Source of the DNA: Lachnospiraceae bacterium
Lineage (GTDB): Bacteria; Bacillota; Clostridia; Lachnospirales; Lachnospiraceae
Direction: 5' to 3'
Length of the DNA stretch: 64,000 nucleotides
NCBI GenBank assembly: GCA_017619975.1
Contig: JAFZRH010000031.1
Location: 1,459 to 65,458 of the forward strand
Positions within the stretch are counted from its first letter, which is position 1; each line of letters opens with the position of its first letter. The position numbers and the translations under genes were made by a program. The notes below the pieces were generated by a model. The model made no database searches and was not told the origin of the DNA. It was given only the letters and a program-made list of their open reading frames with translations. Positions 16,720 to 26,796 of the stretch are shown in pieces.

Positions 16720-17526
16720 TCAGCAGCAGAACATCGTGCGGCCGCAGGTGCCGCCCCCGCCGCAGCAGAAGGTGCTGCAGAGAAGATAGGTGCCGATGCT
16801 GCGGCAGAGAGTGCCGCTCAGACTGCGGCCGTAGCCGGAGCTCTGGCCTTCATACCAGCGGCCGCCGCCCTCCAGCTGCTGCAGGAGCGCGTTGTATTCG
16901 TAGTTGTTCGGATCCATCTGGACGGCCGTGCGCGCGAATTCGGTGGCCTTGATGTTGTTGCCCAGACCGCTGTTAGCCGCTGCGGCCAGATAATACCAGT
17001 ACGCGCCGTGGTTCTCAAAACTCTTGAGCAGGTTCCAGGCTTCCTGGAAACTGCCCGCGTTGATATAATTGACGGCCGCCTGCAGGTGCTGGACTTCTTC
17101 GTCCGTATAGCCGTCATAGGCGGGATTCCGCTGCTGATAGGCGTTGCCGTACGCGCCGCCGAAGCCGAAGGGCCCGAAACCGAAGCCGAACGGCCCGAAA
17201 CCGTAGCCGCCCTGCGGATCCTGATACCCGGTGCCGTAGCCGCCGGACTGATAGCCGCTGCCGGACTGGTACCCGCCGTACCCGCTGCCGTAGCTGCTGC
17301 CCGGCCCGTACCCGGAGTACCCGCGCTTACCCTGTTCGCGGTCCTTCATGATCTGCTCGTACGCCTGCTGCACCATCTTGAATTTCTCCTCCGCCTCCGC
17401 GGCGTTGGGATTGTTCAGATTGGCGTCCGGATGGTAGCGGCGGCTCAGCGTGCGGTACGCTTTCTTGATCTCGTCGTCGGTCGCGTCATATTTGACGCCC
17501 AGTACGGCGTAAGGGTCATACATCAT
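16720..17526 (-). CDS. J-domain protein with Gly/Tyr-rich region, TPR-like segment and Cys-rich hydrophobic C-terminus
   Basis: 268 aa from ATG 17526. J domain [36 protein letters not shown] with [40 protein letters not shown] low-complexity stretch follows. The tail [29 protein letters not shown] has 7 Cys in 29 aa. Confidence 0.8.
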   Translation of the reverse strand: MMYDPYAVLGVKYDATDDEIKKAYRTLSRRYHPDANLNNPNAAEAEEKFKMVQQAYEQIMKDREQGKRGYSGYGPGSSYGSGYGGYQSGSGYQSGGYGTGYQDPQGGYGFGPFGFGFGPFGFGGAYGNAYQQRNPAYDGYTDEEVQHLQAAVNYINAGSFQEAWNLLKSFENHGAYWYYLAAAANSGLGNNIKATEFARTAVQMDPNNYEYNALLQQLEGGGRWYEGQSSGYGRSLSGTLCRSIGTYLLCSTFCCGGGGTCGRTMFCC

Positions 17527-18406
17527 GGCCGTCGCCTCCTTCCTCCGCCTGCGCCTGCGACTCCGCCTGCGCGGCGGCTTTTTCTTTATCTTTCCGCGAT
17601 ATTTCGTCGAATTTCGCCCATACGCCCGCGTACAGGATGTTCCGCAGCAGGTCCTCACCCTCCACGATGGGAAGCCGTTCGAAGGCCAGCGTGGCCTCGC
17701 TGAGCACCTGCGTCAGCGCTTCCTGCACCCGGTCCGCCACCGCGGCGCGCGTCACGCCCCAGCCGGCAAGCGGGTTGTAATTCCCGGACTTCAGGTCGTC
17801 CTCCAGATCCTCGTACGCGTCCATCAGGTAGATGAATTTGCCCAGATAGAAGCCCATCTGCCGCAGCGTGGGGGCCCACACGTCCTCCTCCGTGACCAGC
17901 AGTTCGCCCAGCATGACGCCGGTGGCGCCGGCCGGAGCGTCCGGATCCGGCTCACCCTTCCGCTCGATCTCCGCGACGGCGGCCAGGTAATCCCGTACCG
18001 CCTTGCCCTGACGGGGCCAGGCTTCCTCCACCTGCGCGGCGTGCTTTTTCATGAGGCCGGACAGCGCTTTGGCACTCAGCTTCTTATCGTCCGCCCAGTC
18101 GTCCCGCAGGTTGTAATACGCGAGCAGGAGATTCATGTCCGCGCCGTAATCCAGAAAGCGGTTACGGACGACGGCGTGCCGCCCTTTGGGGTGCACGGCG
18201 CACCACACCGAATCCGCCTCCGTGGGCGGCTCGTACAGGGCGGAGAGCAGCAGCACGACGAACGTCATGTCGTAGGACAGCGTGCTCTGCCCGGACAGCC
18301 CGTGACGCTTTTTCAGCGCGCGGCACAGCCCGCAGTAGAAGGCGCGGTACGTCTCCTCATCCTTTATTTTCAGTTCCGGTCTCGCGATGGTGATATAGCC
18401 GAACAT
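17516..18406 (-). CDS. Hypothetical protein, DUF5685-like (from memory of the family N-terminus)
   Basis: 296 aa. [36 protein letters not shown] and an acidic motif [20 protein letters not shown]. The stop overlaps the J-domain gene start by 11 nt. Confidence 0.7.
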   Translation of the reverse strand: MFGYITIARPELKIKDEETYRAFYCGLCRALKKRHGLSGQSTLSYDMTFVVLLLSALYEPPTEADSVWCAVHPKGRHAVVRNRFLDYGADMNLLLAYYNLRDDWADDKKLSAKALSGLMKKHAAQVEEAWPRQGKAVRDYLAAVAEIERKGEPDPDAPAGATGVMLGELLVTEEDVWAPTLRQMGFYLGKFIYLMDAYEDLEDDLKSGNYNPLAGWGVTRAAVADRVQEALTQVLSEATLAFERLPIVEGEDLLRNILYAGVWAKFDEISRKDKEKAAAQAESQAQAEEGGDGHDV

Positions 18407-18415
18407 GGGAACTCC

Positions 18416-18874
18416 TTACGTGCGGCGCTTGAAATGATTGCCGCATTTGGGGCAGGTGATCTCGATCTTCCCGCGGCCCAACGGCACGCGCACCCGCTGC
18501 CGGCACGCCGGGCAGGCGAAGATCTTGTGCCCCGTGTCCGCCGCATGACCGGACGCGCCGCCGCTCCGGCCGTTCTGTGAACCGCTTCCCTTCCTGCCCC
18601 GGAAGATGTTCAGCAGTTTTTCCTTGAGCATCAGATAGCGCGTGTTCTCATTGTACCGCGCCTGGATGTTTTTGGAAAACATGCGGACGTAGACCAGGAC
18701 CAGAAGCACCGCGACCAGAACGGACAGGATCACGTTCCGGAAGCCGAACAGGATGTTGACAGCCCAGAGGATCAGGGCAAAAGCCATCAGGAAGCGGGAG
18801 AGGTTGTCGATGCCGTAGCGCCCCTGCATGAAGCGGCGGAAGCGCATCATCAGATTGTTGAAGAAACCGCCCAT
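18416..18874 (-). CDS. Membrane protein with C-terminal zinc ribbon
   Basis: 152 aa. Two TM segments (FLMAFALILWAVNILFGF, ILSVLVAVLLVLVYV) and CPACRQRVRVPLGRGKIEITCPKCGNHF. It lies 9 nt upstream of the DUF5685-like gene. Confidence 0.65.
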   Translation of the reverse strand: MGGFFNNLMMRFRRFMQGRYGIDNLSRFLMAFALILWAVNILFGFRNVILSVLVAVLLVLVYVRMFSKNIQARYNENTRYLMLKEKLLNIFRGRKGSGSQNGRSGGASGHAADTGHKIFACPACRQRVRVPLGRGKIEITCPKCGNHFKRRT

Positions 18875-18954
18875 AAGCGTATCCTTTCGAGGGGAGCCCC
18901 CCTCCGGTGTGTTTTCGCTGCGGGCGGCTCACGTCCGCCCCGTTGAATGGTAGC

Positions 18955-18992
18955 AAAAAGCCGGGGAAGATGCAAGTCTTCCCCGGCTTTTT
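18955..18992 (-). terminator. Intrinsic terminator after lipoprotein gene
   Basis: AAAAAGCCGGGGAAGA-TGCAAG-TCTTCCCCGGCTTTTT: 12-bp stem flanked by A- and T-runs. Confidence 0.8.
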
Positions 18993-19021
18993 CACAGAAG
19001 TTTCAGGATCGCGTCCGCAGA

Positions 19022-19921
19022 TCAGTCTTCTTTCTCCGGCGCGTTCTTCACGTCGTCGGGCAGCTGGTAGCTGACGGGACCGTAGGTGATGCCCAGATCC
19101 AGCGACAGGTCGCTGATCACGGCGGACAGGCCCAGCATCTCGCCCAGATCCAGCGTGTAATCCTTGACGGTCATGACAGCGCCGGTGATCCGCTTGTCGG
19201 GATCGACGGTCAGCTTCAGAGCCGGCTTCAGATCCTTGATCATGCCGCTGATCTCGGAGACCATCTCATTGTCCAGCGCGTCGGTGTTCACGGCTTCCGC
19301 CTTGGCGGTTCCCTCAAAAATGTAGGCTTCCTTCTCCACGGTGAAGGTATAGGTCTCAAAGACTTTGTCCAGCGTCGCGGTCTCAACTTCCTTGAGATCC
19401 ATCTTCTTGAGATCGTTGGGATCGAAGGAAGTCCAGCTCCAGCTCTTGGTGTCCGGATCCTGGACATAGGTCCTGCCGGATTCCAGGTCGACGTAGGCGC
19501 CGGCTTCGATCTTCATGTCTTCGGCCTCTTTGCCCGCGGGCATGAGGGGACCGAACAGGGAACCCAGCACCTTCATGGCGTTCGTTTCAGCCTTCAGCGT
19601 TACGGAAGCGCCTTTCTTGTTGTCGACCAGACCGTTCGCTTCGCCGGAAGCCGTAATGGACAGATCGGCGTCCCCGGCCGCTGCAGCCGCTTCGGCGGGC
19701 ATCTTGAGGGCAGCGGAAACGCTGCCGTTCAATTTAAAACTGAACGGAGAGGACTCGGCGTCCTTGTCCAGCATCGTCTTTACGGTGGTGGACAGATTCG
19801 TCATGGCGGCGGAAAAGATGTCTTCCGCTTTCGCGTTTTTGTCCGTCTTGTAGCCGTCGCCGCAGGCGGTCAGGCTCAGGATCATCGCTGCGCAGAGCAG
19901 CATTGCCATAAGTTTTTTCAT
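19022..19921 (-). CDS. Lipoprotein of unknown function
   Basis: Signal peptide with lipobox MKKLMAMLLCAAMILSLTAC. I prefer ATG 19921, with an AAGGAG SD 6 nt upstream, over the track start 19939. Confidence 0.7.
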   Translation of the reverse strand: MKKLMAMLLCAAMILSLTACGDGYKTDKNAKAEDIFSAAMTNLSTTVKTMLDKDAESSPFSFKLNGSVSAALKMPAEAAAAAGDADLSITASGEANGLVDNKKGASVTLKAETNAMKVLGSLFGPLMPAGKEAEDMKIEAGAYVDLESGRTYVQDPDTKSWSWTSFDPNDLKKMDLKEVETATLDKVFETYTFTVEKEAYIFEGTAKAEAVNTDALDNEMVSEISGMIKDLKPALKLTVDPDKRITGAVMTVKDYTLDLGEMLGLSAVISDLSLDLGITYGPVSYQLPDDVKNAPEKED

Positions 19922-19966
19922 ATGTTTCTCCTTCTTCATGATGATTATTTTTAAAACATCCTAATA

Positions 19967-19995
19967 TATATAACACAGAAGGAACTCGATGTCAA
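19967..19995 (-). promoter_or_regulatory. Candidate promoter for lipoprotein gene
   Basis: On the - strand: TTGACA (19995-19990), 17-nt spacer, TATATA (19972-19967). Confidence 0.55.
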
Positions 19996-20045
19996 ATGCC
20001 CGGAACGGGTCTGCGGGCGGGTCCGGCCGCCGCGGTCCGCCAATC

Positions 20046-20080
20046 AAAAACCGGGGAAGGAGATCCTTCCCCGGCTTTTT
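20046..20080 (-). terminator. Intrinsic terminator after etfA
   Basis: AAAAACCGGGGAAGG-AGAT-CCTTCCCCGGCTTTTT immediately downstream of the etfA stop (20096). Confidence 0.8.
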
Positions 20081-20095
20081 GCGGAAGATCCGGAA

Positions 20096-21151
20096 TCAGA
20101 CTTCTTTCTTCTTCGCCAGTTCCTGCTCCACCATCTGGGTCAGAGGCGGGATGATCTGGAACAGGTCGCCCACGATGCCGTAGTCCGCCACGTCGAAGAT
20201 GGGGGCGGTCTCGTCCTTGTTGATGGCGATGATCAGATCGGATTCCTCCATGCCGGCCAGGTGCTGGATGGCACCGCTGATGCCGCAGGCCATATACAGT
20301 TTAGGACGCACGGTCTTGCCGGTCTGGCCGACCTGCAGTTCCTTCGGGATGCCGAAGCCGTCCACGCCCGCGCGGGAAGAGGAGACCTGGCCGCCCAGCA
20401 GGTTTGCCAGCGGGCGCAGGTACTTTTCGTAGTTTTCCTTGTTCTGCATGCCGCGGCCGCCGGAGATCAGGATCTTGGCGTCCTGGATGTCCACGTAGTC
20501 GCTGACTTTCTTCACGACGTCCAGGATCTCCACGTAGCGGTCGTTCTTCTCCAGATGCGCGTCGAAGTTCAGCACGTTGGCCTTCGCGTCCGCGATGGGA
20601 GCGATCTTCTGCATGACGCCCGGACGAACCGTGGCCATCTGCGGACGGAAGTCCGGAATGGCGATGGTGGCGATGGTGTTGCCGCCGAACGCGGGACGGG
20701 TCATCAGCAGCTGGTTGTGCAGGGTCTCCTTGCCGGGGATCGGGTTCATCGGGAAATCGCCGATGTCCAGCTTGGTGCAGTCCGCGGTCAGACCGGTGTG
20801 CACGGTGGCCGCCACGCAGGGAGCCAGGTCGCGGCCGATGGCGGTCGCGCCGAAGAGCACGATCTCGGGCTTCAGTTCGCGGATGATGGCGGAAATGGCC
20901 TGCGTGTAGGGCTCGGTCATGTAATCCTTCAGGTAAGGATGGTCCACCAGCACTACCTTGTCGGCGCCGTATTCCGCCAGGACGTCGGCCTGGTCGCCGA
21001 TCTCATAGCCGAGCAGCATGGCCACGACTTCCGTGCCGAGGTCCGCCGCCAGCGCCTTGCCCTTGCCTAACAGCTCCAGGGCGATGCCGTCTACTTTGTT
21101 ATCAGTCTGCTGGGCAAATACATATACGCCCTTGTAATCGGATAAAGCCAT
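20096..21151 (-). CDS. etfA: Electron transfer flavoprotein alpha subunit
   Basis: 351 aa. C-terminal FAD-binding block (ILISGGRGM..GQTGKTVRPKLYMACGISGAIQHLAGM). Confidence 0.92.
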   Translation of the reverse strand: MALSDYKGVYVFAQQTDNKVDGIALELLGKGKALAADLGTEVVAMLLGYEIGDQADVLAEYGADKVVLVDHPYLKDYMTEPYTQAISAIIRELKPEIVLFGATAIGRDLAPCVAATVHTGLTADCTKLDIGDFPMNPIPGKETLHNQLLMTRPAFGGNTIATIAIPDFRPQMATVRPGVMQKIAPIADAKANVLNFDAHLEKNDRYVEILDVVKKVSDYVDIQDAKILISGGRGMQNKENYEKYLRPLANLLGGQVSSSRAGVDGFGIPKELQVGQTGKTVRPKLYMACGISGAIQHLAGMEESDLIIAINKDETAPIFDVADYGIVGDLFQIIPPLTQMVEQELAKKKEV

Positions 21152-21165
21152 ATCTGTGTTCCCCC

Positions 21166-21951
21166 TCAGATGATGAATTTTTCTTTGAGTTTTTCCAGGA
21201 TGTAGGCGGCGCCTTCACGGCCGTCTTCCGCCACATGCTGGGTGCCGGCGCCTTTGCGGACCTTGTCGGAAGCCTTGGCGATCTGGGTGGGGGAGCCCAC
21301 CTTGCCCAGGTCGGAGTCCAGGGTGTCCACCAGGTCCTTGCGGCCCCATACGGTCACTTCTTTCTGGAACGCGTCGAAGATCCCGCCGGGGGTCATGTAA
21401 CGCGGCTCGTTCAGTTCGGACAGCGCGGTCAGGAGGCAGGGCATCTTGACCTTCAGGACGTGATGGCGGTCGTCAAACAGACGCTCGGCGATCACGTAGC
21501 CGTCTTCGATCTTCAGGTTCTGGGTGTAGCTGACCAGCGGCAGGCCCAGATGGACGGACAGCTGGGGACCGACCTGCGCGGTATCGCCGTCGATGGCCTG
21601 ACGGCCGGTGATGACCAGGTCGTATTCCAGGCCGCGCAGCGCGCCGGCCAGGGTCTGGGAGGTGGCCCAGGTGTCGGCGCCGCCCAGTACGCGGTCCGTG
21701 ACCAGGACGGCCTTGTCGGCGCCCATGGCCATGGCTTCGCGCAGGATCGCGTCGGCCTTGGGAAGACCCATGGTGACCACGGTGACTTCGGCGCCGTACT
21801 GATCCTTCAGACGCAGGGCGGCTTCCAGGCCGGCCTTGTCATCCGGGTTCATGATCGCCAGCATGGCGGAACGGTCCAGGGTGCCGTCCGGATTGAACTT
21901 CACGCCGCCGGCGGTATCGGGTACCTGCTTGATGCAAACAACGATTTTCAT
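21166..21951 (-). CDS. etfB: Electron transfer flavoprotein beta subunit
   Basis: 262 aa from ATG 21951 (MKIVVCIKQVPD...), the canonical EtfB N-terminus. The track ORF extends upstream without an SD. Confidence 0.92.
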   Translation of the reverse strand: MKIVVCIKQVPDTAGGVKFNPDGTLDRSAMLAIMNPDDKAGLEAALRLKDQYGAEVTVVTMGLPKADAILREAMAMGADKAVLVTDRVLGGADTWATSQTLAGALRGLEYDLVITGRQAIDGDTAQVGPQLSVHLGLPLVSYTQNLKIEDGYVIAERLFDDRHHVLKVKMPCLLTALSELNEPRYMTPGGIFDAFQKEVTVWGRKDLVDTLDSDLGKVGSPTQIAKASDKVRKGAGTQHVAEDGREGAAYILEKLKEKFII

Positions 21952-21967
21952 GTGCTCGGTCTCCTTG

Positions 21968-23110
21968 TTATTTGAGTAAGTTATGGGAGATGACCATCCG
22001 CTGGACTTCGGAGGTACCCTCGTAGATCTCCGTGATCTTCGCGTCACGCATCATGCGCTCCACGTCGTACTCACGAATGTATCCGTAACCGCCGTGAAGC
22101 TGGACGGCGCGGTTGGTGACGTAGGATGCGGTCTCGGCCGCGTAGAGCTTGGCCATGGAAGAGCAGGTGCCGTCGTTCTTCGGATCGGCGTCATGCTCCC
22201 AGGCGGATTTGTACACCAGCAGGCGGGCGGCTTCCGTGCGGACGGCCATTTCCGCCAGGGTGAACTGGGTGTTCTGGAAGCGGTCCAGGGTCTTGCCGAA
22301 CTGCTTGCGGGTCTTGACGTAGGCCGTGGAAACTTCCAGCGCGCCGGCCGCCAGGCCCAGCGCCTGCGCCGCGATACCGATACGGCCGCCGTTCAGGGTA
22401 TGCAGGGCGATGCCGTAGCCCTGGCCTTCCTTGCCCAGCAGGTTCTCCGCCGGGATGCGGCAGTCCGTGAAGACCAGTTCGTAGGTCGCGCTGCCGCGGA
22501 TACCCATTTTCTTCTCCTTGGTGCCGAAGGTGAAGCCGGGCGTGCCCTTTTCCACGATGAAGGCGGAGATGCCGCGGCTGCCCGCCGCTTTGTTGGTCAT
22601 GGCGAAGACCACGTAGGTGTCCGCGTAATAGCCGTTGGTGATGAAGACTTTGGAGCCGTTCAGCACGTATTCGTCACCGTCCTTCACGGCCTTGGTGTGC
22701 TGGCCGGAGGCGTCTGTGCCGGCGCCGGGTTCGGTCAGGCCGAACGCGCCGAGCTTTTCGCCCTTGGCCAGGGGGGTTAAGAATTTCTGCTTCTGTTCCT
22801 CAGTGCCGAAATGCAGGATGGGCATCTCGCACAGGGAGGTGTGGGCGGAGACGATGACGGCCGTGGTCCCGCAGACCTTGGCCAGTTCTTCCACGCAGAT
22901 GGCATAGGTCAGATAGTCGCAGCCCTGACCGCCGTACTGCTTCGGGATGGGAATGCCCAGAAATCCCAGCTTGCCCATCTTTTCGACGGTCTCCAGCGGG
23001 AAGCGCTCTTCCTCATCCACTTCCTGGGCCAGGGGTTTCACCTCATTTTCCGCAAAACTGCGGAAAAGATCCCGGGCCATCAGATGTTCCTGACTGAGTG
23101 CAAAATCCAT
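21968..23110 (-). CDS. bcd: Butyryl-CoA (short-chain acyl-CoA) dehydrogenase
   Basis: 380 aa acyl-CoA dehydrogenase (GLTEPGAGTDA, YEGTSEVQRMVI) directly upstream of etfB-etfA, as in clostridial Bcd-Etf complexes. Confidence 0.9.
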   Translation of the reverse strand: MDFALSQEHLMARDLFRSFAENEVKPLAQEVDEEERFPLETVEKMGKLGFLGIPIPKQYGGQGCDYLTYAICVEELAKVCGTTAVIVSAHTSLCEMPILHFGTEEQKQKFLTPLAKGEKLGAFGLTEPGAGTDASGQHTKAVKDGDEYVLNGSKVFITNGYYADTYVVFAMTNKAAGSRGISAFIVEKGTPGFTFGTKEKKMGIRGSATYELVFTDCRIPAENLLGKEGQGYGIALHTLNGGRIGIAAQALGLAAGALEVSTAYVKTRKQFGKTLDRFQNTQFTLAEMAVRTEAARLLVYKSAWEHDADPKNDGTCSSMAKLYAAETASYVTNRAVQLHGGYGYIREYDVERMMRDAKITEIYEGTSEVQRMVISHNLLK

Positions 23111-23128
23111 AGTGTCCTCCTGGAAAAA

Positions 23129-23146
23129 TTGTTAAATTTTTAACCG
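23129..23146. promoter_or_regulatory. Rex-type operator candidate in the bcd leader
   Basis: TTGTTAA-ATTT-TTAACCG matches 12 of the 14 defined positions of the clostridial Rex consensus TTGTTAANNNNTTAACAA. It lies between the predicted -10 and the bcd ATG. Confidence 0.55.
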
Positions 23147-23161
23147 ATAATTTTCACTAAT

Positions 23162-23190
23162 ATATTACCGCTTTTTCCGCGGAAAGTCAA
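23162..23190 (-). promoter_or_regulatory. Candidate promoter for bcd-etfBA
   Basis: On the - strand: TTGACT (23190-23185), 17-nt spacer, TAATAT (23167-23162). Confidence 0.55.
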
Positions 23191-23216
23191 TGCAAAACGG
23201 CGAAAACGGGCCTGAT

Positions 23217-24464
23217 CTATTTCTTTCTGAAAATCTTGCCCCATGCAAAAAATAGTATGCCGGTGATCACCGCCAGACTGATCAGGGGCGTTAAGATCCC
23301 CTTGGGCCATTTATCCAGATAGTCGCTCAGATCGACCAGAGCCGAGAAAATGACCAGGACCGACAGCGCGAACAGGCTCCGCTCAGAGCGGCGCTGGACC
23401 AGTTTGTTGATTTTTTCATTGGCGTCATCCAGGTCCTTGATCATATTGTCGATCTCCAGAACATTGTACATGTCGCTGTAGATCGTCTGCATATAAGCGT
23501 CGTCGGAAACCGTGCGGAAGGAATAACCGGTTTTCAGCGTAACGATCTCATCGTATTTATCCTGCTCTTCTTTGGCAGACAGGCCCGTTTTCCGGAAATC
23601 ATCCAGATAGGAGATGATGGAATAACGCTGGTTCAGGAGAAGCAGGTACATAAAGTGATAATCGCGGCGGAGGTGGTCATACTGAAAAGGATACGGCTGC
23701 TTGTCGGTCCTGACACAGGCAAGGCCGTCCTGACAGCCTGCCCAAACGTGCTTCGGTCCGAAATCCTCCTGCATTTCATATCTGCTGCGGGTCTGTGCTC
23801 CGCGGAAATTAGGGGCCAGACCGTGGGAAAGCAGAAAGAGCGCACGCTGAACATCTTCATCCGGACTGACAGTGACAGCCGTATAGACCAGCGATTGCTG
23901 CTTGACGTCGGAGGAATTGCTGAAGCAGACCTCTGTGCCGCTTTGCTCATTCGGTAGGATCTTTTCAAGTACGGCTTTTACACTGTCCTTATCCGCCGGA
24001 TAATTCAGGTATTTTTTGTCGTCGCTCTTATCGTTTCGAAGACTGCGGAAATAATAGTTAAAGCGCTCGATCTCGTGAAGGAACATCCCGTCGTACAGGA
24101 AATGAAACTCCAGAAACGCGATGTTCAGGCCGAAAACATACAGACTGATATCCTCCAGCTGCGGGACAAAGCCGGATCTTTGTTTATAAGGGTCATCCTT
24201 TGAAACAGCCGTCTGTTCAAACAGATAGAGCGCCAAACCGGTGCGGTCCCGGAAGGAATATGTCTGCATCCTTCGGTCATCCGGATTATTCATGGACCGC
24301 GCGTAGTTCAGGATATAATCGGTCTTGATCCCTTCCGAAACCAACTGCCAGTCCGGGGTTTCCTCTATATAGGTCTTAAAGACTTCCGGCTTAGCGATCT
24401 TCAGCGGAAAAATAAAATAACCGAAATTATGAAAACTATATCTTTCGTCTATCTCCGAGTTCAT
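23217..24464 (-). CDS. Orphan hypothetical protein: soluble N-domain, coiled-coil, C-terminal two-TM hairpin (low-GC insertion)
   Basis: 415-aa ORF with GGGGGAC SD. A sampled line is about 45% GC against 55-65% in neighbouring genes. C-terminus: DDANEKINKLVQRRSERSLFALSVLVIFSALVDL ... ILTPLISLAVITGILFFAWGKIF. Confidence 0.7.
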   Translation of the reverse strand: MNSEIDERYSFHNFGYFIFPLKIAKPEVFKTYIEETPDWQLVSEGIKTDYILNYARSMNNPDDRRMQTYSFRDRTGLALYLFEQTAVSKDDPYKQRSGFVPQLEDISLYVFGLNIAFLEFHFLYDGMFLHEIERFNYYFRSLRNDKSDDKKYLNYPADKDSVKAVLEKILPNEQSGTEVCFSNSSDVKQQSLVYTAVTVSPDEDVQRALFLLSHGLAPNFRGAQTRSRYEMQEDFGPKHVWAGCQDGLACVRTDKQPYPFQYDHLRRDYHFMYLLLLNQRYSIISYLDDFRKTGLSAKEEQDKYDEIVTLKTGYSFRTVSDDAYMQTIYSDMYNVLEIDNMIKDLDDANEKINKLVQRRSERSLFALSVLVIFSALVDLSDYLDKWPKGILTPLISLAVITGILFFAWGKIFRKK

Positions 24465-24499
24465 TTCTTAAGTCCCCCCTGTCATATTCATTTCTGCAC

Positions 24500-24524
24500 A
24501 AAAAAAAGCCCCTGTCAAGGGGCT
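24500..24524 (-). terminator. Intrinsic terminator after sugar ABC ATPase gene
   Basis: On the - strand: AGCCCCT-TGAC-AGGGGCT followed by TTTTTTTT. Confidence 0.65.
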
Positions 24525-24529
24525 TACGC

Positions 24530-25723
<1,194 letters not shown>

Positions 25724-25745
25724 GACTCTTGCTCCCGTCGTTGTT

Positions 25746-26786
25746 TTATAAGTTGAGGACCAGTTCCGGCCGGACGGCGTCCATGCGGGCGTCTGAAAGG
25801 CCGAAATCCATCTGCCGGTAGCTCCAGGCCGCGCGGCCGATGCCGTAATGCGCGAATGCCTGATGGATCAGGCGGTACCAGATCAGGGCTTCCTCCGGTT
25901 TGCTGCGGTCGATCACGCCGTACTCCCCGCAGTAGAGCGGGACGCCGCGCTTTTCGGCCGCCTCCGCCGCTTCCGCGAGGAAATCGATGAAGAACTCCGC
26001 GCTCAGCACCGTTTCCGGCGGGTAATTCTCCAGGCCGGCGGTGTTTTCGCCCACCATCCGTTCGGAGGCTTCCGCCATCTCGCCGAACGTCGCGGTGACC
26101 GGGATGCGGAAGGCCGGGTCCATGGTCGGGATCCAGTCCGCGCCCTGGTGCGTGAAGATCAGCGGCTCGTAGCAGTGGAAGTTGTACACGAGGTGCGGGT
26201 CGTCCGGGATGTCGATGGCCTTGACGGACCGCGCGCTGTTGTGCCAGTAACCGCCCACCAGGACCGGGACTTCCGGCGCGTGGACGCGGATCCGGCGGAT
26301 GCATTCCGCGGCGATCCGGTTCCAGGCCGGCATGTAGCTTTCCTCGGTGACTTCGTTCAGCAGTTCGAACGCGATGCGGCCGCTGTATTTCCCGAACCGT
26401 TCCGCCAGCGCTTCCCAGATCCGGTAAAACCGCTCCTGGTACTTTTCGCTGTCGAAGAAACCGCTTTCCTGCTCGTCCGGGTCGAACGAGAAGCCCGGGG
26501 TCTTGTGCAGGTCCAGCACCATGTTCAGACCGGCCGCCCGGCACCAGGAGAGCGCCCGCTCCAGGTGCGCGAAGCCGGACTCCAGGAAGTTTCCTTCCTC
26601 ATCCTCCAGCAGATTGTAATCCGCGGGGAGACGGACGTGGTCCGCGCCCCAGCTGCGGATGACCGCGAAATCCTCTTCGCGGATGAAGTTCTGAAACCGG
26701 TCTTCGGAATAATCGCACTGGGAGAACCATCCGCCCAGATCGACGCCTTTCCGGAAGCCTTTCCATTCCATCATGATCCGACGCAT
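25746..26786 (-). CDS. Glycoside hydrolase family 5 (intracellular, no signal peptide)
   Basis: 346 aa. Catalytic-acid context FELLNEV and nucleophile context YCGEYGV, typical of GH5. Confidence 0.8.
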   Translation of the reverse strand: MRRIMMEWKGFRKGVDLGGWFSQCDYSEDRFQNFIREEDFAVIRSWGADHVRLPADYNLLEDEEGNFLESGFAHLERALSWCRAAGLNMVLDLHKTPGFSFDPDEQESGFFDSEKYQERFYRIWEALAERFGKYSGRIAFELLNEVTEESYMPAWNRIAAECIRRIRVHAPEVPVLVGGYWHNSARSVKAIDIPDDPHLVYNFHCYEPLIFTHQGADWIPTMDPAFRIPVTATFGEMAEASERMVGENTAGLENYPPETVLSAEFFIDFLAEAAEAAEKRGVPLYCGEYGVIDRSKPEEALIWYRLIHQAFAHYGIGRAAWSYRQMDFGLSDARMDAVRPELVLNL

Positions 26787-26796
26787 CCTTTCCGGC

